The notes under the pieces are model-generated. The model was given only the letters and a program-made list of their open reading frames with translations. It made no database searches and was not told where the DNA came from. DNA of 44,080 nt from Polynucleobacter sp. (GTDB lineage Bacteria > Pseudomonadota > Gammaproteobacteria > Burkholderiales > Burkholderiaceae). Shown piece after piece: positions 9,781 to 17,812 of the stretch. Every line of letters begins with the position of its first letter. The stretch's first letter is position 1. The position numbers and the translations under genes were made by a program. The stretch lies in the NCBI GenBank assembly GCA_044236575.1, contig JBIIGG010000001.1, positions 1 through 44,080 of the forward strand, written 5' to 3'.

Positions 9781-10602
9781 ATGGATAGTATTTTTTTCGT
9801 TTTCTCCAAGATAGTGCACATCCTGATTGAGCCCCTCAATTGGCTCATGATTCTGATTGCGCTAGCGCTACTATTTTTATTGCTACGCAAGAATCACCTG
9901 GTGCGGCGAGCATTGGGCATTGCACTCTGTTTGGGTTTCTTCATTGGCTATATGCCGACTTCACAATTTGCGATGCGCATCTTGGAGGATGCGGTGCCGC
10001 AGACGCCATTAATGCCAGAGGTATTCAATCAGATCGGCGGTATTCTGATATTGGGCGGTGCGATCGAAGGCGGCCCCATTACACGAGACCGCGGCGAAGT
10101 CATGATTAGGGCCTCAGCAGAGCGGGTAACAAAAGCATTTCAGCTGCTACGCCAGCATCCGGAGCTGCCATTTATCGCCAGCGGTTATTCGGGCCGCTTA
10201 CTGCCGCAAGGACCTTCTGAAGCCGATGCGTTTAAACAGTTGCTGCAAGAGCAGGGCCTAGGTAGTCATCCCGGTTATTACGAGAATCAATCGCGCAATA
10301 CCTATGAGAATATGCTTTATTCCAAAAAAATCATCGAGGGGATTGCAGAAAAAGAAAATACTCCCGTTAAGCCTTGGCTCTTAATCACTTCTGCGCGGCA
10401 TATGTTGCGCTCGATGCAGGTGGCGCATAAACAGGGCCTGATTCTCTTGCCCGTATTGGTGGATTACCAAACCAGCCATTCCTACTCGTGGCATCACTTT
10501 GATTTGGTCGAAGGCGGTGAGCAGTGGAATTGGTGGATCCATGAACTGATAGGGATAGCCGCATATTGGATTACCGGTAAAGTGGCATTTTCGGTAAAAT
10601 GA
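9781..10602 (+). CDS. YdcF/ElyC-like (DUF218) membrane protein
   Basis: N-terminal TM helices, ILILGG, SGYSG, SEAD, ENQSRNTYEN, LITSARHMLRS, HELIG. Confidence 0.88.
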   Translation: MDSIFFVFSKIVHILIEPLNWLMILIALALLFLLLRKNHLVRRALGIALCLGFFIGYMPTSQFAMRILEDAVPQTPLMPEVFNQIGGILILGGAIEGGPITRDRGEVMIRASAERVTKAFQLLRQHPELPFIASGYSGRLLPQGPSEADAFKQLLQEQGLGSHPGYYENQSRNTYENMLYSKKIIEGIAEKENTPVKPWLLITSARHMLRSMQVAHKQGLILLPVLVDYQTSHSYSWHHFDLVEGGEQWNWWIHELIGIAAYWITGKVAFSVK

Positions 10603-10608
10603 AATGAC

Positions 10609-11325
10609 ATGAGCGCTCCCAAGAAAACCTCCGGTAGCAAGAGCCCAGCTGACGCAGAAGGCCCAGGTTCGGCCTCGGCTTACCCAGATGCGCTGCCACA
10701 GCCTAGCGCCCAATTGACTAATCAATTTTTACTCGCCATGCCTGGCATGCTGGATGAGCAGTTTGCGGGTTCGGTGGTTTACCTCTTTGAGCACAATGCC
10801 AAAGGCGCTATGGGTCTCGTAGTAAATCGCCCGACCGATGTCAATTTATCAACCTTGCTGGATAAAATCGAACTCAAGCTAGAGATCACACCGTTTGCTG
10901 ATCAAGCTGTCTATTTTGGCGGCCCTGTGCAAACCGAACGCGGCTTTGTATTGCATGAACCGTCGCACTTCAGTGCTACAGATGCTGGGACTAGTGTTGA
11001 TCCTTCAGTTAATACTGCTGCAAGTTATAGCTCATCCTTAACGGTACCGGGTGGCCTCACCATGACGACCTCCAAAGATGTGCTCGAAGCCGTCGCTAAA
11101 GGCAATGGCCCAAAACGTTTCATCATGACCCTGGGTTACGCGGGCTGGGGCGCTGGCCAGTTAGAGGAAGAGATTGCCCTCAATGGCTGGATTAATGCCG
11201 AGCTCAGTCGCGCGCAAATGGCTGAGATCATTTTCAATACACCGGCAGCGCAGCGCTATCAGCGCGCCATGCAAGCCCTGGGTTTTGATCCTGCCGATCT
11301 ATCAGGACAAGTAGGACATGCATGA
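10609..11325 (+). CDS. algH: YqgE/AlgH-family protein
   Basis: FLLAMPGM, GAMGLVVNRP, YFGGPVQTERGFVLH, LGYAGWGAGQLEEE, terminal GHA. Confidence 0.95.
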   Translation: MSAPKKTSGSKSPADAEGPGSASAYPDALPQPSAQLTNQFLLAMPGMLDEQFAGSVVYLFEHNAKGAMGLVVNRPTDVNLSTLLDKIELKLEITPFADQAVYFGGPVQTERGFVLHEPSHFSATDAGTSVDPSVNTAASYSSSLTVPGGLTMTTSKDVLEAVAKGNGPKRFIMTLGYAGWGAGQLEEEIALNGWINAELSRAQMAEIIFNTPAAQRYQRAMQALGFDPADLSGQVGHA

Positions 11326-11824
11326 TGCATTCAATGCATCGAAGCGCATAGCCCAGTCAATCCAGTAGATAAACCACTTAACTTTAAAACCAATCATCAA
11401 AGCCATTACTGCCCTCGCATTTGATTTTGGCACTCGCCGGATTGGTTTGGCGGTGGGCAATTCCATTACAGGCTCGAGTCAAGCATTGACTCCTATTACT
11501 GCCGATCAGGATGATCTCCGGTTTGCTCTGATCGCTGCTCAAATAAAAGAATGGGCGCCGGATCAAGTAGTAGTGGGTCTACCGTGCCACCCCGATGGTG
11601 CGGAGCACGCGATGACGGCAAAAGCACGGCGCTTTGGCAATCAACTCCATGGGCGTTTTGGTTTACCCGTTGCTTGGGTCGACGAGCGCTACACCTCGGC
11701 TGTAATTGAAAACGATCCCAGTTTAAAGAAAAGCCAAGCGAGCAAGAAAGATGGAGGTCTTGACTCTGAATCAGCCAGATTAATTTTGGAGCAATATTTT
11801 TTGGAGCGTTTATCAAGCAAGTAA
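11318..11824 (+). CDS. ruvX: Holliday junction resolvase-like RuvX/YqgF; 5' end uncertain (in-frame TAG at 11366-11368 after ATG 11318)
   Basis: LAFDFGTRRIGLAVG lies in frame upstream of the ORF-track TTG 11447; VVGLP, VDERYTS, LDSESARLILEQ; conserved position after yqgE. Confidence 0.85.
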
Positions 11825-11871
11825 TTGCCTTGCAAAAATAGTCAAGCAAACAGAAATTACAAGATGATTGG

Positions 11872-12198
11872 CTATAAAACTAGTGTAGCTAATTTAGCCA
11901 ATACATCGTCCATCACATCGGTCGAAACACGCTCGAGTTTTTTCGCTTTTCGCGCCACTAAGTCAAGCACCCTTGGCTGATCACAGCGAACTACGCCCAC
12001 TGTTTTAGTCCCGATTAGGTCTACTGTAAATCCAGCCACCCTAGCAAAATTACCACCCGTAGTGATAGGCACCACAAGAGGTGTCTTGGTTAGTTTATTA
12101 AAAGGTTCTGGCGATATCACCAGCACAGGGCGAACCCCCTTTTGTTCATGGCCGGAAGTGGGATCCAGAGAAACTAAATAAATATCGCCTCGATTCAT
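11872..12198 (-). CDS. PemK/MazF-family endoribonuclease toxin
   Basis: RGDIYLVSLDPTSGHEQKGVRPVLVIS..FN, VVPITTGG, VRCDQPRVLD. Confidence 0.95.
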   Translation of the reverse strand: MNRGDIYLVSLDPTSGHEQKGVRPVLVISPEPFNKLTKTPLVVPITTGGNFARVAGFTVDLIGTKTVGVVRCDQPRVLDLVARKAKKLERVSTDVMDDVLAKLATLVL

Positions 12199-12452
12199 TA
12201 CAAAATCTCATTGCCTACTGGAGCAAGGTTTAGCCACTGCTTATCCTCTTTAGGCATTTTTGCTTTTGCATCGCATTTTGCTAATAAATCGACCAATTGA
12301 TAATTAGGCTTGGTGATGGGCTTTACCACCAGTTGGCCCTCTAGAAGTGCAACATCGACCATTGATCCCGAGGCAATCTTTAGCTCCTTTAAAAATACCG
12401 GAGGTAAGGCAATCATTACGGATCCACCTACTTTTCTTAAATTGGTTTGCAT
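12198..12452 (-). CDS. PemI/MazE (AbrB-fold) antitoxin
   Basis: LRKVGGSVMIALPP, YQLVDLLAKCD, W...PVGNEIL; TAATG coupling to toxin. Confidence 0.93.
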   Translation of the reverse strand: MQTNLRKVGGSVMIALPPVFLKELKIASGSMVDVALLEGQLVVKPITKPNYQLVDLLAKCDAKAKMPKEDKQWLNLAPVGNEIL

Positions 12453-12458
12453 TGCTGA

Positions 12459-12527
12459 CTCCTATTAGTTATATGTAAATATAACATGTATTTGACTCCG
12501 TTGCAATTTATTATATAAATATATAAC
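12459..12527 (-). promoter_or_regulatory. pemIK-type promoter/operator
   Basis: Minus strand TTGCAA-17 nt-TATATT, AGGAG SD at 12459-12463; imperfect palindrome GTTATATGTAAATATAAC at 12468-12485 and a related copy at about 12510-12527. Confidence 0.65.
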
Positions 12528-12552
12528 TAGATCAACCGATTGGATATTTCCT

Positions 12553-12642
12553 AAAGCGTGAAAAAAGGATTGCGACCTCGATTCCAAGTCGTCCAGATGG
12601 ATTGTGGAGCAGTATTTTTTGGAGCGTTTGGCCGACAAATAA
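12553..12642 (+). pseudogene. Diverged duplicate of the ruvX 3' end
   Basis: 12562-12642 translates KKDCDLDSKSSRWIVEQYFLERLADK* versus ruvX KKDGGLDSESARLILEQYFLERLSSK* (18/26 identical, ungapped). Confidence 0.9.
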
Positions 12643-12682
12643 TAGGGCAGTCAAAAGCTGTATTAGCTATTGAAGTCAGCAT

Positions 12683-13918
12683 TTAAGTCAAAAATGCAGA
12701 CCGCATTAATTCGATATCACCCCTTGGGATGGCTAGTGTTTTCGCTACTCTTTCCCATTGGCGAGTGACTTCCAAAACCTCATTCATAATCAGAGCCGCT
12801 TGATCGGTGCTTAGTTCGTAATATGGGGCTGTGCTAATGACGCTTTCCAGGGAGGCGCGATTGTCGCTTATATCTAAATTGAGGGCATGCTCTGCTTTAT
12901 CAATGTTTGGATTTAGATCAAAAGAGGGAGAGAGACGCCAGCCATCTGGCATCAGAATAAAGCCATGATTTCGTAAGTGGTCGTCTCGATTGCTGATAGC
13001 CACATTAAAAACCACCCTGCGAAACAGTTGCGCCAAATTATCCTTAATAAAGCCCATTGCACCGCGAGTCATGATGAATTGGGCGATATCAAGGTAACTT
13101 GCATCATCACTGCTTACCTTTTTCAGCATGGTCATAGCCGAGGCATAGTGAATGCGTCTGCCACCTTGGCGATCAAAGCGTTTGACAGCAAAGGTTCTGT
13201 AGTCACTACTCAGCTTGAGTAATTTTGCTGCAGGCATTTGGATTTTGGCGCGCGTGGCGAGTGTATGAGCCAACATCTCCCAGGCGCCAATATCCCGTTC
13301 ATCATCCTTTGCCGGAAATTTAGCAATCCAAAGTGACCCATCCTGCTCGGTAAAATTGGCTTTTGGTCTTGCGCCACCGAGAGAGGCTCCAGGCGCAACC
13401 AAAACTCGGAGCCATTTCCTTAGATTATCTAAATCATCTATTTTTTTATCGCTGAGTTGCCGAGCAATATTTTCTAGTTTTGCTAGCTCTGCCACGGGAG
13501 GTGCGGATAAGGCATGCGCAGCCAGAAACACATTGCTACCAGGATATTTAAATCGCAGTGCGCCTTGCCTCGTTTGATCTTGTACTCCAATCAGATAGTC
13601 CCACGCATAGAGTGTACGAGCCTGACGTCCATCGTCTTTGGCTTCCATTGCTTCCCTGCGCTTCATTAAGGTTTGGCCCCAACGATCGGGAGAGGAATCT
13701 AAGAAAACACCAAAATTACCTTGCACAGGATTGGGATGAAAGACGGACTGATCGAGAGATAAATCGGGGTCAATATCAAAACGCTGCGGGTGCGCTAGCC
13801 ATGCTTCGTCATACTGAAAGCGAACATTACCCCGGTCGTGCTGTAGATAACCAATCTTGACGGGATCGATTGCTATAAAGCCCACATCAATCCAAACCTC
13901 TAGGTCCAGATTAGCCAT
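12683..13918 (-). CDS. HipA-family kinase toxin
   Basis: DSSPDRWGQTLM, PGASLGGARPKA, WIAKFP, KRFDR, NRDDHLRNHGF, LSPSFDLNP. Confidence 0.93.
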   Translation of the reverse strand: MANLDLEVWIDVGFIAIDPVKIGYLQHDRGNVRFQYDEAWLAHPQRFDIDPDLSLDQSVFHPNPVQGNFGVFLDSSPDRWGQTLMKRREAMEAKDDGRQARTLYAWDYLIGVQDQTRQGALRFKYPGSNVFLAAHALSAPPVAELAKLENIARQLSDKKIDDLDNLRKWLRVLVAPGASLGGARPKANFTEQDGSLWIAKFPAKDDERDIGAWEMLAHTLATRAKIQMPAAKLLKLSSDYRTFAVKRFDRQGGRRIHYASAMTMLKKVSSDDASYLDIAQFIMTRGAMGFIKDNLAQLFRRVVFNVAISNRDDHLRNHGFILMPDGWRLSPSFDLNPNIDKAEHALNLDISDNRASLESVISTAPYYELSTDQAALIMNEVLEVTRQWERVAKTLAIPRGDIELMRSAFLT

Positions 13919-14219
13919 TCTGTACCCTTGCTTTTGACAGAGCTAAATCCTGAAGACGGCGCCCAAGCGCATCATCTTTGGCAAGTAAATTGAAGTCATC
14001 TTGGAGTTGAAGGGCCGCCATGATCCTGAGGTAAGTTCCTATTGCTACCGCAGGAAACCCTTTTTCCGCCCGGTGCAAAGTCATTCGAGAGATGGAGGAG
14101 CGCTCAGCCAAGGTATCTGCTGATATGCCGCGGCGCAAACGGGCAAGCCTGATTCGCTCACCTAAATTGGCGAGAATTTTTTGTTCAGACGGAAAGATGG
14201 GCTGAGGCTTACTGGGCAT
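13911..14219 (-). CDS. XRE-family HTH, HipB-like antitoxin
   Basis: LGERIRLARLRRGIS...LAERSSISRMTLHRAEKG...LAKDDALGRRLQD; overlaps hipA start. Confidence 0.9.
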   Translation of the reverse strand: MPSKPQPIFPSEQKILANLGERIRLARLRRGISADTLAERSSISRMTLHRAEKGFPAVAIGTYLRIMAALQLQDDFNLLAKDDALGRRLQDLALSKARVQNG

Positions 14220-14268
14220 GTATCACATTATATATAAATAAAGGCTAATTTGTATATAATGTGATACA
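14219..14268. promoter_or_regulatory. 16-bp perfect inverted-repeat operator abutting the hipB-like start
   Basis: TGTATCACATTATATA (14219-14234) / TATATAATGTGATACA (14253-14268); contains minus-strand TATAAT 7 nt before ATG. Confidence 0.75.
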
Positions 14269-14380
14269 AAATATAAGAAAAAGGTATCTTATGGCAATCA
14301 GCCGGTGTCTTCGATAGGTGTAATTGTTCTTTCCTGGCCCCGAATCTGTGCAACTAGGGGCTTTATCTTGTCAGGCGGCT

Positions 14381-14425
14381 CTACTTCGATAGGTAATCCG
14401 AAAAAATATCCAATCCCCTTACCAT
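14381..14425 (-). pseudogene. Truncated 5' remnant of a probable nucleotidyltransferase (AbiEii-like) partner gene
   Basis: ATG overlapping the end of the upstream gene, reads MVRGLDIFSDYLSK*; MVxGLD.F resembles the N-terminus I recall for partners of this regulator family. Confidence 0.55.
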
Positions 14426-15420
14426 CTAAATTCCTTTTCTAAATCGCTGAGTGCGAGTTCAATTCTGGAATCACCGCTATCCCTAAAGCTGAGCCATAAA
14501 GAAAGGGAATCTATACACGGCGTACCAGATGAAGTTACGTTTGTGCCCCGCTGCATTCGCGGCTCATATGCCCAAATTTGGTAACACGTAGCCCCAGGTT
14601 CTTTTTCAGGCAAGACCGCAATCCTCGCTTGATTTTCTCGCCATTGCGCAGGGGAGAGAGCATAGCAAGTTTCTTGATCCGCATTCACCATGGTGAGTTT
14701 GGAAAGAGCTGAAATACCTGCCAGACAAGTCTCGGAAGAGCGTAAGAAAACCGGACTGTGAGTCCATATTTCAGATTTCACAGGTGACCTTAAGAACGGC
14801 TTTGCTTTTTGCCAAATGACTTCATGCCCATCGTTGCTGCGTAGGTATTTGCGACGACCCAAACTGAACTCCTCAAATAATCCAAGTTCAACTAATTCAG
14901 TAACAACCCGAGAGGCGGTCATATTGGAATACCGCAAAGTCATCGCAACTTCGCTTGGTGACCACTCTGATGCTAGAGCTTGGTTTTGCAGAAACCACAA
15001 TAGCATCGCTTGCGTTGCTGGGTTCAGTGCGCGGACAGGCACTTTTCTCTGGCGATGAAAGTACTCGCGCAAATCAATACCCAGCTCCATCAGATAAAGC
15101 TGATTACCTGGCACCAAAAAAGAAATCTTTTGCTCAATTAAGTAGCGTCTTTCATAGGATGCCAAGGATTCAAAACAAAGCACCAAGAGTTCGTCCTTGG
15201 GCATGTGCGTTAAAGCAGTGCGGATTTGCCGTAAAGGGGTGTCTTTTTTGGGGATGGCTAGAGTGACTAAGTGCCGCCCTAACTCCATTTGTAAAAATAC
15301 AAACTCGTCTTGAAGCAGGTAAGGCAATTGCTGAGTCTTGGGGTAATCGACTAATGTCAGATTAGTCAGCCCAAGGGTGCCGCCCAGGTACTGGGCGATG
15401 GATTCTTTTGATATTAACAT
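14419..15420 (-). CDS. Winged-HTH (MarR-like) protein, AbiEi-like type IV antitoxin family
   Basis: RRYLIEQKISFLVPGNQLYL.ELGIDLRE, central HTH PSEVAMTLRYSNMTASRVVTELVELGL, LAGISALS, IDSLSLWLS..D.RIE. Confidence 0.6.
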   Translation of the reverse strand: MLISKESIAQYLGGTLGLTNLTLVDYPKTQQLPYLLQDEFVFLQMELGRHLVTLAIPKKDTPLRQIRTALTHMPKDELLVLCFESLASYERRYLIEQKISFLVPGNQLYLMELGIDLREYFHRQRKVPVRALNPATQAMLLWFLQNQALASEWSPSEVAMTLRYSNMTASRVVTELVELGLFEEFSLGRRKYLRSNDGHEVIWQKAKPFLRSPVKSEIWTHSPVFLRSSETCLAGISALSKLTMVNADQETCYALSPAQWRENQARIAVLPEKEPGATCYQIWAYEPRMQRGTNVTSSGTPCIDSLSLWLSFRDSGDSRIELALSDLEKEFRW

Positions 15421-15427
15421 AATTAAA

Positions 15428-15458
15428 GCACGATAACATAACTTATGTTATCGTGCAA
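15428..15458 (-). promoter_or_regulatory. Perfect 29-bp palindromic operator overlapping a sigma70-like promoter
   Basis: GCACGATAACATAA-C-TTATGTTATCGTGC (15428-15456); minus strand TTGCAC-17 nt-TATCGT, 9 nt before ATG 15420. Confidence 0.78.
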
Positions 15459-15504
15459 ATTATTGTTTAATACTAGTAGGCAGGCACATTAAGTGCGCTA
15501 ACAA

Positions 15505-16695
15505 CTATTTAGTTAAGGCCTCAATATTCCATGCTTTTTTGAGCTTGTTGATCAGACCTCTATCCATGCGGTCGGCGTATGTTTTAAGAGTCTCTAATTT
15601 CATTTCATCAATGCGCTCAATCACATCCTGCGGATGCGTGAGCATGCAGCTTGTTTTTCCAAATTCAATTAACTCAGCAATGCTGGGATAGCGTTTTGTT
15701 TTGAACATATTTAAAGCCATCGTATTGTCGACTTTAGTTGCCCCTGTTCGTGGGTTTTGTATTTCGTAGATCGAGGTTGTTACCACATCGTATAGCGGTG
15801 AAAGTGTAATTGATGCCTCGGGCGTTTCGTAGAGCAGTGAGAAGTTCTTGAGGTGAGCATCTCCGTTGCGTAGCAATACCGATAAAGCAATGTATTCAAA
15901 TAAGCGGACTTTACTTTCAGGGGCATTTGATTTACAAAAAGTATCTATTGCCTTTGCAATTCCCTCATAACTACCTTGGTACTTTTCTTCGGTCGTCTTG
16001 CCCATGAGAACGGCCATGTCTTCCAGTCCTAGCCGTTCACCGCTGGCACTAATATCAAAGCGCTTCATGATGAACAGCTCGCCATTCTTTGACAACTCAA
16101 ATTCAGGTACACGAATACCCGCCCGTCGAGCCACTTCCATACACATAAACTCATTTTGAGCTAAGTGGGGATAGTCGTCACCCGCCGCTTTGATAATGTA
16201 TTGCGAAGTGGATACGGTTGACCGATCGCTGATCGGGGCGATCACTTTCGGCTGAAACCCAGAAATACCAGAGTCAAAATAGCGATCCACTAAAAACGCG
16301 AATAATTCTTCTGATGCGCTGGAGGATAGGATCTCTTCTTTGGAGATGATGGCTTTATTGGAGGTAGTTTCGAGGTCATTTGGATCGCGGTATTGCAAAC
16401 GCCCAATTTGGTTGGCTCCTGTAAGCTTGAGGAGCATCATGTCATCAAGGTAAAGTGATTTGGAGAACCGTGTCTTTAGGTAGTCTAGTAAATAACCCTC
16501 AGGCTTATTCATCTGAAATATCGAGAATAGACCACCGCTAGAGTAGCTCTCAGCCCGAATAGGTAATACGAGAGAGGCTTCTGCCGTACGCTCGGTGGTT
16601 TGGTAGTTAAACGTAAAGCGCGCTTCCTTACTCAGCTCACCTGAATGGCCTTGCGGGGTGCTGATGTGAAGACGCTGTACGCGATCAGACTTCAT
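15505..16695 (-). CDS. HipA-family kinase toxin (with HipA N-terminal coupled domain)
   Basis: FQMNKPEGYL, SGISGFQPK, IMKRFD, LEDM, RNGDAHLKNFS, LSPLYDVVTT. Confidence 0.92.
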   Translation of the reverse strand: MKSDRVQRLHISTPQGHSGELSKEARFTFNYQTTERTAEASLVLPIRAESYSSGGLFSIFQMNKPEGYLLDYLKTRFSKSLYLDDMMLLKLTGANQIGRLQYRDPNDLETTSNKAIISKEEILSSSASEELFAFLVDRYFDSGISGFQPKVIAPISDRSTVSTSQYIIKAAGDDYPHLAQNEFMCMEVARRAGIRVPEFELSKNGELFIMKRFDISASGERLGLEDMAVLMGKTTEEKYQGSYEGIAKAIDTFCKSNAPESKVRLFEYIALSVLLRNGDAHLKNFSLLYETPEASITLSPLYDVVTTSIYEIQNPRTGATKVDNTMALNMFKTKRYPSIAELIEFGKTSCMLTHPQDVIERIDEMKLETLKTYADRMDRGLINKLKKAWNIEALTK

Positions 16696-16939
16696 CGAAA
16701 GTCTCTCTTAACCGGTCGTAATCTAGACGTACATCGTCAATCCGCAAGCACTTCCCGAGGGAAGTGCAGGTTTGAAGGAGGGTATGGGCGCTGATATTTT
16801 CACCTGCCTCTAATTGGATGATGGTTTCGCGACGCAAGCCGGCTTTTTTAGCCAGCTCGGCCTGAGTGAGTCCTAGCGCTTTCCGCTCCATGCGGATAGC
16901 TTGCCCTAATTCACGCAAATTGAATATATTGTTAGTCAT
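16685..16939 (-). CDS. HipB-like XRE HTH antitoxin (start ATG 16939 preferred)
   Basis: LRELGQAIRMERKALGLTQAELAKKAGLRRETIIQLEAG; overlaps hipA start. Confidence 0.88.
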   Translation of the reverse strand: MTNNIFNLRELGQAIRMERKALGLTQAELAKKAGLRRETIIQLEAGENISAHTLLQTCTSLGKCLRIDDVRLDYDRLRETFDEV

Positions 16940-17287
16940 AGTAAACATATTATCATAAAAACACAAAAAAGATATATATAACTAACATTTAAAACAGAAT
17001 AATACGGTATGAGCCCCCAAGAGTACCCGTCAGTTGAAAAAGCTCCGCATGCACACTATTAATGCCGAATAAGTCTAATCTTCCCTTGAATTGCCACTAT
17101 CAATGTACTTTTAGCGTCGCGCTTACAAAAAACAGCCCCCAATACCCCCAGCACAATAAAATATGCATCAATGCGCTTATGTGCTGAGGCTGTAATGCAG
17201 CAGAGCAGTGTAATAACCTGCATAAATTTGTATCAAGTTGCAAACCAGCAGAGCAGCACACAAGATAAACCCTTTCAGGACACCAGG

Positions 17288-17812
17288 ATGGACGCCGAGT
17301 TACTGTACAAAAAGCTGCTAGCCCATCTGCAGGCCCGAACATCCAAAGCCAATCCGCCATTTCTGCTTGCCGGTTTAGCAATTGGAGGTGCTTGGATTGC
17401 TGAGCGCTTGGCACGCGATTTAGGCCTTCCAAACTTCGGTGTGATCAATGTCGCCTTTCATCGGGATGACTATGCCGAAAAGGGCTTGGCTGCAATGCGC
17501 TCGGCAGACGGTATGGCTACCCATCTTCCGTTTGAGGTGGCGGGCGCGCACATCGTACTGATTGACGATGTACTGCTGACCGGCAGAACGGTGCGCGCCG
17601 CCTTAAATGAATTATTTGATTTTGGCCGCCCAGCCAGTGTCGAGTTGATGGTGCTGGCGGATCGCGGTAAGCGCGAGTTGCCAATAGCAGCCGACTTTGT
17701 GGGTGAGCATGTGAGCGTGCCAGACCACCAGATACTCGCATTAGAAAAACACAGTTCAGATGCAAAAGGCGACCAATACACATTCCGCTTTGTTCTGGAG
17801 GAACAAGCATGA
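17288..17812 (+). CDS. pyrR: Bifunctional pyr regulator / uracil phosphoribosyltransferase
   Basis: [50 protein letters not shown]; upstream of pyrB. Confidence 0.93.
   Translation: MDAELLYKKLLAHLQARTSKANPPFLLAGLAIGGAWIAERLARDLGLPNFGVINVAFHRDDYAEKGLAAMRSADGMATHLPFEVAGAHIVLIDDVLLTGRTVRAALNELFDFGRPASVELMVLADRGKRELPIAADFVGEHVSVPDHQILALEKHSSDAKGDQYTFRFVLEEQA

Noticed and set aside
14298-14400. Alternate minus-frame peptide GLPIEVEPPDKIKPLVAQIRGQERTITPIEDTG*
   Set aside because: No start codon and no recognisable family; may be a remnant but cannot be supported
11825-17287. Integron, prophage or IS as the explanation for the TA stack
   Set aside because: No integrase, transposase, phage genes, terminal inverted repeats or recurring attC-like sites seen
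16990-17287. Possible gene remnant or PyrR attenuator upstream of pyrR (ORFs 17100-17432 minus, 17171 extension)
   Set aside because: Short hydrophobic reading with no recognisable family; no clear PyrR-binding loop or terminator; ATG 17288 fits PyrR better
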